A stretch of 64,000 nucleotides of DNA from Limisphaerales bacterium (GCA_040081795.1 JBEBFV010000001.1:959-64958), one strand, 5' to 3'; positions 18,982 through 29,899 are shown, counted from the stretch's first letter. Notes: a model not told the origin generated them from the sequence alone. Translations and numbers: made by a program.

Positions 18982-19668
18982 ATGAAAGACCAAATGAAGA
19001 AACAAGCCCTTGGAACTCAGCCTGACCACTCAGCTCACAGTCATTCCCACCGCCGCACTCGTGCCGGTAGTGCGACGAAACCAAGTCAGGACTACACACC
19101 TACAAGCTCGACCGCTCATGCCGCAGGCACCAGCGCGGCCAGCGCAGCACTCAACCTCCCTGCGATCACCGTGCCCGACGGCTGGACGCCACAGCGTGAC
19201 CGCGAACACTTCGATTCCCAGTGGGACTGTGGGGACAACAAACGCCACGAGGCCGCATTGGACCTTGTCGCCGACGGACAGCACCGTCTTGGTGCCACGC
19301 TCGTCGTTGGTCGGAGCATTCTGCTTTGCGCCGGGGGAGGTGCTGATCATGCCGCCATCGTTCACCTATCGTTAGCTTGCCAGGTAAGCCTTCTGGAATC
19401 CGCACTCGGTGCATACCCACCTCCCGGTGAAGATCGCTTCTTCGTCGCCGCCAAGAAGTGTCGCATAGCCGTGGCTGAAAGTGATCGGATACTGATGAAG
19501 TTGGCCACCAACCCTGAAGGCACGACGCTCCTAGAATTGTGCGTGGCATCAGAATGGCTGTTCAAGGCGGCGTGGGGATTGGAACAGTGCTTCCGGATGG
19601 AATTCGATGGCTCTCAGTCCCTGTTCAGCGACATCGACGATACTTGGGATGGCGAAATACCCGACTGA
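18982..19668 (+). CDS. Hypothetical protein, paralog A of a duplicated island gene
   Basis: MKDQMKKQ.. start within ORF 18913..19668. The C-terminal ~190 aa are near-identical to 23109..23789 (TVPDGWTPQRDREHFDS..MEFDGSQSLF.DIDD.WDGE.PD). Confidence 0.6.
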   Translation: MKDQMKKQALGTQPDHSAHSHSHRRTRAGSATKPSQDYTPTSSTAHAAGTSAASAALNLPAITVPDGWTPQRDREHFDSQWDCGDNKRHEAALDLVADGQHRLGATLVVGRSILLCAGGGADHAAIVHLSLACQVSLLESALGAYPPPGEDRFFVAAKKCRIAVAESDRILMKLATNPEGTTLLELCVASEWLFKAAWGLEQCFRMEFDGSQSLFSDIDDTWDGEIPD

Positions 19669-19884
19669 CTTGCGCCATCGCCATTGGCCCAATGGTCAGG
19701 GATCAGGTGTCTTGCGCAGACCCTCGCAGTCAGCTCCGCTATACCGCCTGAACTGCACAGGCATCGTTCACCACCGGCCATCAAGCCAGCGACTTGGGAA
19801 CTCTCTGGATGCAGGGCGCACACGTCAACTGCCAGCGGCCAGTGGTGGAAGCTTTCTCCACCAGCACCCGTGTAGTTATGGTGT

Positions 19885-20673
19885 ATGAGCAATGTCATCC
19901 TGACTCCCGGCAGCCCCAACTCGATGCCAGTCGAACCTGACCCAGCACCTTCAGCGCAGCCCTATGCGCTGCCAGCGTCTCATCCAGAGCTGCCGCCACT
20001 CAACACGGATGACCCAGCCCTGTTGGCCAGACTGGAGCGGCAGCTTGGCAGCGGCAAAACGCCATCGTCTACAGTGGCCACAGCGGTGGCGACCATCAAG
20101 CGCAAGGGACTGGCGAGGCTCCACCAGCTTACCTTTCACGAATACTGTTCCCAGCGCCTCCGCCTCAAAAAAAGCCGCATTCACCAACTCTTGGAATTTG
20201 CGGAGCTACTTGAGGCCACGTCGGCTTCAGGCACTCTGCCTCAAGCCGATAATGAAAGGCAGCTTCGCCCATTGAAAAGGTTGCCGCGTCCAGACTGGGC
20301 GGACGCTTGGCGGGAAGCAGTCCGAACCGCTCTGGACGGAGTGATCACAGGGAAGCACGTCGAGCAGGTCGTAGATTCCAGGCTCGCACGGAAGCAGATC
20401 GCCGAGTCACTCGCCAGTCAGCCCACGTCCGACCAGCCGCCAGCGCAGGCCACCATGCCAACGACCTCAGCTGACATGGTGGACACCAGCACGCCGGTGC
20501 ATTCCACCACGTCGGCTCCAGAGCGAAGCACCACGGAAATCATCCCGACCGTTCCGGATTCTGAGATCAGGTTGTCAGGATGGAAGCCTGCATGGCAGGA
20601 GATTCTCCGTGCTGCTCCGCGCCCGTCCTCCTCACTCAGGTCTGGGATTTTCGGTTGGCAGGCCCCTGATTGA
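19885..20673 (+). CDS. Hypothetical protein (DUF3102-like central segment)
   Basis: 262-aa ORF. KRKGLARLHQLTFHEYCSQRLRLKKSRIHQLLEFAELL resembles the segment in 15869..17419. Confidence 0.45.
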   Translation: MSNVILTPGSPNSMPVEPDPAPSAQPYALPASHPELPPLNTDDPALLARLERQLGSGKTPSSTVATAVATIKRKGLARLHQLTFHEYCSQRLRLKKSRIHQLLEFAELLEATSASGTLPQADNERQLRPLKRLPRPDWADAWREAVRTALDGVITGKHVEQVVDSRLARKQIAESLASQPTSDQPPAQATMPTTSADMVDTSTPVHSTTSAPERSTTEIIPTVPDSEIRLSGWKPAWQEILRAAPRPSSSLRSGIFGWQAPD

Positions 20674-20713
20674 GTCTCACCAAGAACCGCTGAGTCAGTC
20701 TCGTAGTTACCTT

Positions 20714-21121
20714 ATGAGCGCCGAATCTCGTGCTGCGAATGCACGCATCAAGAAATCCCTGCGTGAGCACAAATCGGTGTTGCGCCGCCAGCGGCAAAGC
20801 CACCGGCCAGATGGTTTGGTGGCCATGGCGGACGATTGGGATCGCGCATTGGTGACCACCCTGCGCCGCCAACCGGAGCATGAGTTCCCTTGGTCATGTC
20901 TGGTCAACGCTGCGTTGAAAGGATGCAATCCAAGGTGCCGGGCCGACCGCGAAATGGTGAAGCGGGACATCATCCACCGCATAACCGTGCTGCGCCGGGC
21001 GGGCATCCTGGGTTATCGCCGCCGCACGATGGTGAAGCTGCTCGTCCACGATCCGCCGCTCGTCTTCAAGTCAGTCGGCCCTGCCATCCTGCCTGAGCCA
21101 AATCTGGACTATGGTCGCTGA
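20714..21121 (+). CDS. Hypothetical basic protein
   Basis: MSAESRAANARIKK.. start at an internal Met of ORF 20609..21121. Its 3' tail (..LPEPNLDYGR*) is repeated at ~23920-23950. Confidence 0.4.
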   Translation: MSAESRAANARIKKSLREHKSVLRRQRQSHRPDGLVAMADDWDRALVTTLRRQPEHEFPWSCLVNAALKGCNPRCRADREMVKRDIIHRITVLRRAGILGYRRRTMVKLLVHDPPLVFKSVGPAILPEPNLDYGR

Positions 21122-21270
21122 CGCTGCTGGGTGGGCTTGAGCAATCTTCCATCCACCAGCTCAACTTCCATGGCGTGCTCACCACCGGTCGTCATCCCCA
21201 GTGGGTTTTGGTGGATCCCGCCGTTGGGGAATAGCTCCGCACTCTCAACGAAATTGTGCGCTACGAGCAC
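21051..21270. repeat. Module-tail repeat, copy A
   Basis: Alignable by eye with 23885-24100 (..CTATGGTCGCTGACGCTGCTGG..CTTCCATGGCGTGCTCACCAC..CGCACTCTCAACGAAA..). Confidence 0.6.
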
Positions 21271-22114
21271 CCCCCTGTTACGGGCAACCTGCTCCCGACG
21301 GCCAGCGCCCCGGAAAAGTCCTCTCTGGCCCCACCGATGAACTCCACTCATCGAGGCATAACCTTCAGCGCTGCCCACACTTGTGGTGATGCGCGCAGGA
21401 GAAATCGGCTGGAATCTTGCTTCGGGTGCAGACCGTGGACGTTGAAATCACTTCACGTCCAGAGAGCACTTTTGGCCGGTTGAAAGCCGATAACGGCTGC
21501 GGAGAGCGCACTCTCAGTCCTCGAATTTTGACCATTTTCCACATCCGAGCCTCAGAAAATGCCACTTCTGGCAGACTCCACGCCTTTGAAAACACGTCGC
21601 AAAATCAGCATTTGGTGGACGCTCCGGCGGCAGAATATCCTGCCACAGGCATTGATGGAGTGGGTTAGATGAGCATGCTCCTTGGTGCTGGTCCTCGATG
21701 CGGTCGCGGGGTTATCCCACCATTGCTCGCATGGTCGCCGCGCCCATCCACCAGAGCTACGCTCCTGTCAGGCGTTGGATCTCCTGTTGCCATCAGGGAG
21801 TTGGTGAAGCCGAGCATTGCGAGGTGCATGGCACACCCGGACGTGCGAACGGCTGCCGTTGGCTGATGGCACGCTCACCGCTCATGTGAGCAGATGACGA
21901 CCCCATCTGCGGTGATGCGAAGCGGGTGGCTCATGGCATCAGGCGCTTGCCACGGCCACGGAGATTATTCCAAGTTGCAGCGCACCGACCAACCATTGGT
22001 CGCCAGCTAGGGAATGGGTGGCAGCAGTTCGAGACCGTCGGGTGTTCCAGACTTTGTCTACAAAGATCCAAGCAAGGATTGTTTGGAGGTAGGCAGTTCT
22101 TAGGGGTGTGCGCA

Positions 22115-22810
22115 ATGAGCGCGAACTCAACCAAAGAACTACCAATGAAATCCACCGAGGCCTCCTCACCCAAAGTTATCACTCCTGAACTCGACTCAAC
22201 TGCGCGGCAGCCTGACCGCCGACCAGCTCAACGTGGCCGCGTGCCTTCCGCGCCGCAGGAGGCAGCCGCTGTCCTGCACGCCGCTCCGCCGTCAACAGCA
22301 AGCGTGGACGACTGGGTGGAGGACATCCGGCGGGCGAATGGAGGCAGCACGCGTGCCATCGTGGAGTTGGGTCGGCTCATCCGCGAAGCCAAGGAGGCCC
22401 TTGGGCACGGCAAGTGGCTGGCCCTGTTCAAGCAGAAGCGTCCCGGCTTCGGCCTGCGCCGCGCAGAGATGCTCCTCAAGATCGGCGGCAACGAGGCGCT
22501 CGCAAAGTCGCAATGGTTTGCGAATTTGCCGCACGGCATCGTCGTGCTCTATGAACTAAGCCACATTCCCGCAGACCAGCTCGAACGGCTCCTAGATGTG
22601 GGCAAGGTGCATCAGCGGCTGACGCGGGCGCAGGCACGGACCCTCGCTGGAAGGGATAAGAATGACCACGAACGCGCCTTCGATCTTGTGAAAGCTGAGC
22701 AGCGCCTCAAGAACCTGCTAGACCAAGAGGTCGTGCGGTGGCCGGGCGAGCAACTTGGCGGCTTCGTCACGGTGGTCGAGGATGTCCTGGTCAACGTAAA
22801 AACCGGGTGA
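22115..22810 (+). CDS. DUF3102-like protein
   Basis: Start at an internal Met of ORF 21926..22810. IVELGRLIREAKEALGHGKWLALFKQ..FGLRRAEMLLKIGGNEAL matches the DUF3102 pattern. A CTTTGTCTACAAAG palindrome lies at 22052-22065 upstream. Confidence 0.55.
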   Translation: MSANSTKELPMKSTEASSPKVITPELDSTARQPDRRPAQRGRVPSAPQEAAAVLHAAPPSTASVDDWVEDIRRANGGSTRAIVELGRLIREAKEALGHGKWLALFKQKRPGFGLRRAEMLLKIGGNEALAKSQWFANLPHGIVVLYELSHIPADQLERLLDVGKVHQRLTRAQARTLAGRDKNDHERAFDLVKAEQRLKNLLDQEVVRWPGEQLGGFVTVVEDVLVNVKTG

Positions 22811-23108
22811 GCAGTCCGTGAGCACCAGCCACATCGTCCAGCACCAGGGCCTCCACGCCGCCAGTCATTTCGTTGGCCTCCATGAACACGCACCGCGCAG
22901 ACTGAACGACCCACCAGTGTATCCCGTCGCTCCGACTGCGGCACTGAAGCCGATCCCGCCGGTAAGTGGACAGAAAATCGGCTTCAAATCCTGTCCACGA
23001 TCAGACCTCCCGTTTCTGGCTTAATGCACTCGTCGCCTCCAGATCGGAGGCCCGAACGAGTGCAGAGTCGTTATGCGCGCTCGTGTGGCCGCAAGTTCAA
23101 ACACTAAC

Positions 23109-23789
23109 ATGAAAACGCATCAGAAGAAGAAATCCACTGTGTCTAACCGTCCAACTCACCGTCACGCCCGCCGACGCACTCGTGACGGTATTGTGGCGAA
23201 ACCAAGCGAAGAGCGCAGACGCACCAACTCGACCGCTGATACCGCAGGCACCAAGACGGCCAGCGCGGCATTCACCGTCCCGACGATCACCGTGCCCGAC
23301 GGTTGGACGCCACAGCGCGACCGCGAGCACTTCGATTCGGAGTGGGACTCCGAGGACAACAAACGCCACGAGGCCGCATTGGACCTTGTCGCCGACGGAC
23401 AGCACCGACTTGGTGCCACGCTAATCATTGGGAGAGGTATCCTGCTCTGTGCCGGGGGAGGTGATCATCATGCCGCCGTCGTTCACCTACCATTGGCTTG
23501 CCAGGTAAGCCTGCTGGAATCGGCACTCAGTGCCTGCCCGCCTCCCGATGAAGATCGCTTCTTCGCAGCCGCCAAGGAGTGCCGCATAGCCGTGGATGAA
23601 AGTGAGCGGATACTGATGAAGTTGGCCAGCAACCCTGAAGGCACCACGCTCTGGGAATTGTGCGCAGCATCAGAATTGTTGTTCTTGGCGGCGTGGAAAA
23701 TGGAGGCGAGTTTTTGCATGGAATTCGATGGCTCTCAGTCCCTGTTCGCCGACATCGACGATTCTTGGGATGGCGAAACGCCCGACTGA
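23109..23789 (+). CDS. Hypothetical protein, paralog B of duplicated island gene
   Basis: MKTHQKKK.. start within ORF 23073..23789. Highly similar to 18982..19668. Confidence 0.6.
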   Translation: MKTHQKKKSTVSNRPTHRHARRRTRDGIVAKPSEERRRTNSTADTAGTKTASAAFTVPTITVPDGWTPQRDREHFDSEWDSEDNKRHEAALDLVADGQHRLGATLIIGRGILLCAGGGDHHAAVVHLPLACQVSLLESALSACPPPDEDRFFAAAKECRIAVDESERILMKLASNPEGTTLWELCAASELLFLAAWKMEASFCMEFDGSQSLFADIDDSWDGETPD

Positions 23790-23884
23790 CACTCTGCATC
23801 GCCATCCTCTCAATGGTCTGTGTTCAGGTGCCATGCACATCGTCGGCTACGTCCGCCGGTGAATCCTAAAGCTCTTGGTGGAGT

Positions 23885-24100
23885 GTCCGCCGATTATCTT
23901 CCGACCCTTCAACCCAGCCAACTTGCCAGAGCCGGACCTCGACTATGGTCGCTGACGCTGCTGGTGGGCCTGAGCATCCTCCATCTACCAGCTCAGCTTC
24001 CATGGCGTGCTCACCACTGGTCGTCATCCCCAGCGGGTTCTGGTGGATCCTGACCTGGGGGGAATCGCTCCGCACTCTCAACGAAAATCTGCGCGACGAA
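23885..24100. repeat. Module-tail repeat, copy B (more degraded)
   Basis: Homologous to 21051-21270. It retains only the last codons (LPEPDLDYGR*) of the 20714..21121-type gene. Confidence 0.6.
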
Positions 24101-24691
24101 AACTCCGGCCTTCACGCGCAACACCGGCTTAATGGCCGGCGTCCCGAAAATGCTCACTCTGGCCAGGCCGATGAACGCGGCTCATCAAGCACAACCCCCG
24201 GCGCAGAGCGCACTTGCGGAGTTCCGGGTATGCGAAATCGTCGCGAATCTCACGCCAAAGGTTGAACGTGAGCGCTCGAAATGCGTTGTGTCCGAGACGC
24301 GCTTTCGTGCCGGTTTGAAGCCGTTGGCGGCGCATGAAGCGCACTCCCAAGCCCTGTTTCCTTGCACTTTTGCCTCCCGAAACCGGCCAAACTGGCACTT
24401 ATTACCGAGGCTGCGCACTCGCCGAAGCGGGTGAAAACCAGCTTTTGGTGGATGTGGTGGTGACGGCGTATGTGACCATGACGCCATGGAGGGATACCGG
24501 CCCACCAGACCCCCTTCATCGCTCAGACTGCATTTGTCCCACCGTGGAAGGGATGATGTGGATTGTCTCGGTCGCCTGATGATGACGAGCCGCACCCCGT
24601 GGCCATCCAGGCGCACGAGCGAAAAATCGCGAATGCACGCTCGACAGAGATTTTCACCAAAGCCATTCTTGGCGGCAGTGACCGCAGGACC

Positions 24692-25654
24692 ATGAGGACA
24701 GCAGCGCCATACCGGATTTCGGGCCACGAGTCGTTCTCGTGCCGCTACACATGGTTACCCAAAGCCGTTCGTGGACTGACCGAGAATGGCAAGCTCTTCT
24801 CCGATGAAGCGAAGGCCATGGTCGTTTTAGGCCTCGGCAAGAACATGGTGCGCTCCGTCAGGTTCTGGGCACAGGTCGCCGGGATGACTACCCCCGGGAC
24901 CAAAGGCGATGGGCACCTGCTCACCGATTTGGGCCGGGCGCTTCTCGGTGAGCGCGGACTCGATCCGTTCTTGGAGGACATTCGGACGCTCTGGCTGCTG
25001 CACTGGAACCTGTCCACCGACACCAAAACTCCGCTCCTCGCTTGGGACTTCCTGCTCAACCGCTGGCAGGAACCTGAAATGGTGCCAAGCGTAGTGCTCC
25101 GGGCACTGGAAAGGGAGGCCGCCAGGCAGGGCGAATCTCCCTCGCCTGTGACCATCAACCAGCACTGGGACACGTTTCTCCACACCTACGTGCCGACTCG
25201 TGGGCGCAAAGGAGAAGTGCAGGAAGACAACCTCGATTGTCCGCTCGTCGAACTTGGACTTATCGTGCGCGTAGGGGAGCGACCTGTAGACAAGGCCGCC
25301 GGGCGCGCTGAGCCAATTTTCGCCTTCCGGCGTGAGGAAAAACCGGACATCACGCCAGAACTTTTTGTCTACAGCTTGAATGATTTCTGGAACAGGCGTC
25401 ACCCGGAGGAGGGCACAATGACCTTCCGCGAGGTCGCACACGGACACGGCAGCCCCGGCCAAATTTATAAACTGCCGGAGGACGACGTGCGGGCGCGGGT
25501 TGAACGATTGGCCCAGCAGACGAAGAGTTCCTTTGCTTACACTGAGTCCTCAAATCTCCAAAGGGTTCAACGCCGCGAGCGGCGCGAGAGCATTGACTTG
25601 CTGGACGACGTGTTTCGACAGGAGGGAAGAGCATGGCTGAAAAGCGCATTGTAG
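24692..25654 (+). CDS. sspB: DUF4007-family protein, SspB-like (phosphorothioation nickase candidate)
   Basis: The N-terminal hallmark YRISGHESFSCRYTWLPKAV (F.GHE.F.CRY.WL.K) of DUF4007 follows Met 24692 within ORF 24563..25654. The gene is followed by an ATPase and a PAPS-reductase gene. Confidence 0.75.
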   Translation: MRTAAPYRISGHESFSCRYTWLPKAVRGLTENGKLFSDEAKAMVVLGLGKNMVRSVRFWAQVAGMTTPGTKGDGHLLTDLGRALLGERGLDPFLEDIRTLWLLHWNLSTDTKTPLLAWDFLLNRWQEPEMVPSVVLRALEREAARQGESPSPVTINQHWDTFLHTYVPTRGRKGEVQEDNLDCPLVELGLIVRVGERPVDKAAGRAEPIFAFRREEKPDITPELFVYSLNDFWNRRHPEEGTMTFREVAHGHGSPGQIYKLPEDDVRARVERLAQQTKSSFAYTESSNLQRVQRRERRESIDLLDDVFRQEGRAWLKSAL

Positions 25655-28600
25655 ACGTATTCAATATCAAGAGCCGCTTCCTGCGCTCGGCGCACCTTGA
25701 GCGAGACTTTCACGACACCGACGCGCTCTCCGGCTACGTCCGAACGGAGTTCATCCAGGGGTGCTGTGACCGTATTGGCGACGGCCTTCGTCCCAAGTCG
25801 GGCCGCAGGGCATGGCGCGTGACCGGCGATTACGGCTCAGGCAAATCCAGCTTTGCCCTGCTGCTCGCAAACTCGCTCGGCGGGCGCGACCATGACCTTC
25901 CCCCACAGCTCCGTCGGGTAATTGATTGGAGAAAACTTGGCGTGGAGCAACCCGCGTTTCTCCCGGTCCTGGTCACCTGCTCCCGGCAGCCACTCGGCAC
26001 TTCCATTCTACAGGCGTTGCACACGAGCATCTCTGCGGTCTACAAGCGCGGAGCGAAGTCCATACCTGCCGAACACATCCAGCAGCTGCTTAACGCCAAG
26101 CCTGAAGCAAGCGATGAACAAATTGTAGACACCATCCTTGCTGCCAATTGCCAGATCATCGCCGACTCAAAAGGGCATGGACTGCTGCTGATTGTAGACG
26201 AGTTGGGCAAGTTTCTCGAATTCGCTGCCCTCAATCCGCACAGGCAAGATGTCTTCCTGTTGCAGCGCCTTGCGGAGGCCGCGTCGCGGAGTGGGAATGA
26301 ACCTTGGTTCCTGGTTGGCCTGTTACACCAAGGCTTCAACGCCTACGCCGACCATCTCAACCAGTCCGCGCAGAGGGAATGGGAGAAGGTTGCCGGGCGT
26401 TTCGATGAAATCGTTTTTGACCAACCAGTGGAGCAAATTGGCCATCTCATCGCGTCCGCGCTGAACGTCCGAGTTGACCAAATTCCCAGACCGCAGTCGT
26501 CCTGGATGCGGCACGGGATGGAGGATGCGTTGAGATTGGACTGGTTTGGAGGAGCGCAGCGGCAGCCGCTCATGGACTTGGCCCTGCGGCTCTTCCCCCT
26601 CCACGCCACTGTGCTGCCGATTCTCATTCGCGTGTTCAAGCGCTTTGGCCAGAACGAGCGTTCGCTGTTCAGCTTTCTGCTTTCCAACGAGCCATTCGGT
26701 TTGCAGGCGTTTGGCGAACAGCGACTACACGACGCACAACCATACAGGCTCCACAATCTTTTCGACTACGTCCGCAGCAACTTCGGCCACAGGTTGAGCG
26801 TTCACAGCTACAGAAGTCACTGGAACCTTATTGAGTCAATTGTTGAAAGTTACGCGACCGACGAGGCGCTACACATCCAGATTCTCAAGACGGTTGGCAT
26901 CCTGAATCTGCTAAACGACGACCTGCTGGCCACGGAGGACTCGGTGGTGTGCGCCGTGGCTGGCGATGACCGCGTGCTTCAACGTCAGGCCAGGAACGCG
27001 TTGGACAAGCTGCACCGGGCCAAGCGCGTTCTCTACGACCGGGGTCGTGGTCGCGGCCTGTGTCTATGGCCGCATACGTCCGTTGACCTGGAGCAAGCCT
27101 ACGACAATGCGCGCCGCGCCGTGCAGACTCCACAGCGCGTCGCCACCCTAATCAAAGAGCATCTTGAGACGCGCCCCATCGTCGCTCGCAGGCATTACAT
27201 CGAGACCGGCAATCTCCGGCACTACGACGTGCGCTACTGTTCAGTCACGGAACTGTCGGGCCTGCTCCCGGAGAAGCTCGGCAATGCTGATGGCGTCATC
27301 GTTGTGCCGCTGTGTGAGACCGTCGCCGAGCGAGATGTTGGGGTCGCGTTCACGAGGACAAACGGACTCAAGGATCGGAAGAACTGGCTGGTGGCGGTGC
27401 CGCAACCGTTGAGCAATCTGGCCAGTTTGGTGCAGGAAGTTCAGCGGTGGGAGTGGGTTGCCACGAACACGCTCGAATTGAATGCGGACAAGTATGGCCG
27501 TGAGGAAGCCTCACGCCAACTTCAAGCAGCACGGGCACAATTGGAGCGGCGTATCCAGGCGCAGGTCGGATTCAAGCAGTTTGGGGAGCGCACCTCCCTT
27601 GCGTGGTTTCACAAAGGCAACCCGCTTGAAATTCGGGATGGTCGGCAGTTGCTTTCCAAACTCTCGCAGATCTGCGATGAAACGTATGCTGACGCGCCGA
27701 GAATCCATAACGAACTGGTGAATCGCCGCAACCTGAGTTCCGCAGCGGCGGCGGCTCGGATGCGGCTTGTTGAGAGAATGTTCACCCACGGCAATTCGGA
27801 ATGGCTGGGAATGGACTCCGCCAAGAAGCCGCCGGAGATGAGCATGTATCTGTCGGTGCTGCTCCACACCGGAATTCACCAGCGGCACGACGGCTCATGG
27901 CGCATCGGTGAACCTGATAAAATCCATGACGAGAAGCGCAACGTCCTGCCCACTCTCAAAAGGATTCGAGAAATTGTGCAACGTCAGCCCGATGCCCGCG
28001 TGAGCGTCGCCGCCCTGTTCGAGGAACTGCGCAAGCCGCCGCTCGGTGTGCGTGACGGCATGATTCCACTTCTGCTCACGGTGTTCGCGATCACGCACGA
28101 GAAAGACGTGGCTTTCTACAAGGACGGCAGCTTCCTTCGCGAAATGACCGGAGAGGCGATGCTTGTCCTCACCAAGATGCCGGAGCGCTTTGAGCTTCAA
28201 TACTGCAAAATCGAAGGCGTCCGGGCAGAGCTTTTCGAGAAGTTACTGAGTGTGTTGGAGGTCAAGCCCACCGGCGAGCGCCGCACAGAGTTGTTGGACG
28301 TGGTCAAGCCACTGTGCGTTTTCGTGGCCCAGCTGCCTGCCTACGTTCACAACACGAAGAAGCTCTCGTCAACAGCGCTGGCTGTGCGGGATGTCATCCT
28401 CGCTGCGCGTGAACCTGCCCGTCTGCTCTTCATTGACCTGCCCATAGCGTGTGGTTTCGAGCCATTCTCGGCCAGCGCCGCAGCGACCAAGGAATTGCAG
28501 ACGTTTATTCGAGCCTTGAAGGCCGCACTCGACGAACTCCGGGCAGCGTTCCCGGAATTGCAGGAGCGTCTACGGAAATTGCTACGCGAAGCGTTCGACC

Positions 28601-29085
28601 TGCCCGGTTCCTTCCAACAATTCCGGTCGGCGCTGGCACGTCGAGCCGAACAGGTGGTGCTCGGCGTCAATGAACCAAAGCTCCGCGCCTTCTGCCTCCG
28701 GTTGATGGACGACAACCTCCCGGATTCCGAGTGGCTTGAATCGCTGGGCAGTTACCTCGCGCTCAAGCCGCCTGCAAAGTGGCACGACGCCGAAGATGAT
28801 TTGTTCGTTCAGGAACTTGCTCCACTCGCCACCCGATTTCACCGTGTCGAGAGCATTGTGTTCGCCCACGGCAAACCCTCGAAGTCCGGTATCGGTATCC
28901 GGCTTGCCATCACTCAAGCTAACGGGACTGAACACGAACAGGTCATCCACTTTGCAGCCGATGAAGAAACTGCTCTTGGTCAACTCCAAGCGCAGTTTGA
29001 AGCCCTGCTCACCAAGGACAAACGCCTTGGTTTGGCAGCAGCCTCACGCGCTATCTGGTCGAAGTTAGACAAGGTCCAAAAATGA
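25633..29085 (+). CDS. sspC: Large P-loop ATPase, SspC-like
   Basis: 1150 aa. Walker A is GDYGSGKSSFAL and Walker B is LLLIVDELGKFLE. It sits between the DUF4007 and PAPS-reductase genes and overlaps the upstream gene by 22 nt. Confidence 0.7.
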   Translation: MAEKRIVDVFNIKSRFLRSAHLERDFHDTDALSGYVRTEFIQGCCDRIGDGLRPKSGRRAWRVTGDYGSGKSSFALLLANSLGGRDHDLPPQLRRVIDWRKLGVEQPAFLPVLVTCSRQPLGTSILQALHTSISAVYKRGAKSIPAEHIQQLLNAKPEASDEQIVDTILAANCQIIADSKGHGLLLIVDELGKFLEFAALNPHRQDVFLLQRLAEAASRSGNEPWFLVGLLHQGFNAYADHLNQSAQREWEKVAGRFDEIVFDQPVEQIGHLIASALNVRVDQIPRPQSSWMRHGMEDALRLDWFGGAQRQPLMDLALRLFPLHATVLPILIRVFKRFGQNERSLFSFLLSNEPFGLQAFGEQRLHDAQPYRLHNLFDYVRSNFGHRLSVHSYRSHWNLIESIVESYATDEALHIQILKTVGILNLLNDDLLATEDSVVCAVAGDDRVLQRQARNALDKLHRAKRVLYDRGRGRGLCLWPHTSVDLEQAYDNARRAVQTPQRVATLIKEHLETRPIVARRHYIETGNLRHYDVRYCSVTELSGLLPEKLGNADGVIVVPLCETVAERDVGVAFTRTNGLKDRKNWLVAVPQPLSNLASLVQEVQRWEWVATNTLELNADKYGREEASRQLQAARAQLERRIQAQVGFKQFGERTSLAWFHKGNPLEIRDGRQLLSKLSQICDETYADAPRIHNELVNRRNLSSAAAAARMRLVERMFTHGNSEWLGMDSAKKPPEMSMYLSVLLHTGIHQRHDGSWRIGEPDKIHDEKRNVLPTLKRIREIVQRQPDARVSVAALFEELRKPPLGVRDGMIPLLLTVFAITHEKDVAFYKDGSFLREMTGEAMLVLTKMPERFELQYCKIEGVRAELFEKLLSVLEVKPTGERRTELLDVVKPLCVFVAQLPAYVHNTKKLSSTALAVRDVILAAREPARLLFIDLPIACGFEPFSASAAATKELQTFIRALKAALDELRAAFPELQERLRKLLREAFDLPGSFQQFRSALARRAEQVVLGVNEPKLRAFCLRLMDDNLPDSEWLESLGSYLALKPPAKWHDAEDDLFVQELAPLATRFHRVESIVFAHGKPSKSGIGIRLAITQANGTEHEQVIHFAADEETALGQLQAQFEALLTKDKRLGLAAASRAIWSKLDKVQK

Positions 29086-29089
29086 AGCC

Positions 29090-29899
29090 ATGAGCAAACC
29101 CACGCGCCACATTCTCTGCATGTCCGGGGGGAAGGACAGCACCGCCCTCGCGCTCTACATGCGTGACCGGGTGAAGGACATGGAATATGTCTTCTGCGAC
29201 ACCGACAAAGAGTTGACCGAGACGTATGAATATCTGAACCGCGTCGAGGCATTCTTGGGCAAGAAAATTGTCCGACTCAATGCGAAAGCTGGATTCGACC
29301 ACTGGCTTGACGTGTTCGGTGGTTACCTGCCCTCACCGCACATGCGCTGGTGCACCAAGCTGCTCAAGCTGAAGCCGTTCGAGGAATACGTTGGTGATGA
29401 ACCAGTGGTCAGCTACGTCGGCATCCGGGCCGATGAAGACCGAGAGGGCTACATCAGCACCAAGGAGAACATCAAGGCAACCTTTCCGTTCAAGGAAGAC
29501 GGCATCGGATACGCAGGCGTCATGAAGATTTTGGTGGATAGCGGCATCGGGATGCCGCCCTACCTCAAGTGGGGTCGCACGCACTCTGGCTGCTACTTCT
29601 GCTTCTTTCAGCGCCCGATTGAGTGGGTGCGGCTGCTCGAAAACCATCCTGAACAATTCGAGGCTGCCATGAAATACGAGAAGGTCACGGACGACCCCGG
29701 CAAGACTTTCACTTGGATTCAAGGGATGCCGTTGACCGAGCTACGCAAGCCGGAAACCATCGAGGGCATCAAGCGCCGCTACGCCGAACACGAGGAACGC
29801 AGGAAAGCCAACCGTGGGAACAAGCGTCTCGTCGAAGTGCTGGCCGGGATGGATGAAGAGGACGACGGGCCAAAGGCGTGCCTCATCTGCCAACTTTAA
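29090..29899 (+). CDS. sspD: PAPS-reductase/PP-loop ATP pyrophosphatase family protein, SspD-like
   Basis: PP-loop motif CMSGGKDSTALALYM. 269 aa. The start is 4 nt after the sspC-like stop. Confidence 0.8.
   Translation: MSKPTRHILCMSGGKDSTALALYMRDRVKDMEYVFCDTDKELTETYEYLNRVEAFLGKKIVRLNAKAGFDHWLDVFGGYLPSPHMRWCTKLLKLKPFEEYVGDEPVVSYVGIRADEDREGYISTKENIKATFPFKEDGIGYAGVMKILVDSGIGMPPYLKWGRTHSGCYFCFFQRPIEWVRLLENHPEQFEAAMKYEKVTDDPGKTFTWIQGMPLTELRKPETIEGIKRRYAEHEERRKANRGNKRLVEVLAGMDEEDDGPKACLICQL

Noticed and set aside
13395-24100. Calling 13.4-24.1 kb a prophage
   Set aside because: No capsid, terminase, tail or lysis genes are recognisable. The Rep_trans-like and DUF3102-like genes fit a small integrated plasmid- or ICE-like replicon better.
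24129-24727. Minus-strand ORFs upstream of sspB (24129..24398, 24185..24727)
   Set aside because: They appear to be frame-shifted remnants continuous with the module-tail repeat. No intact gene or recognisable family was found, so they are not called as CDS.
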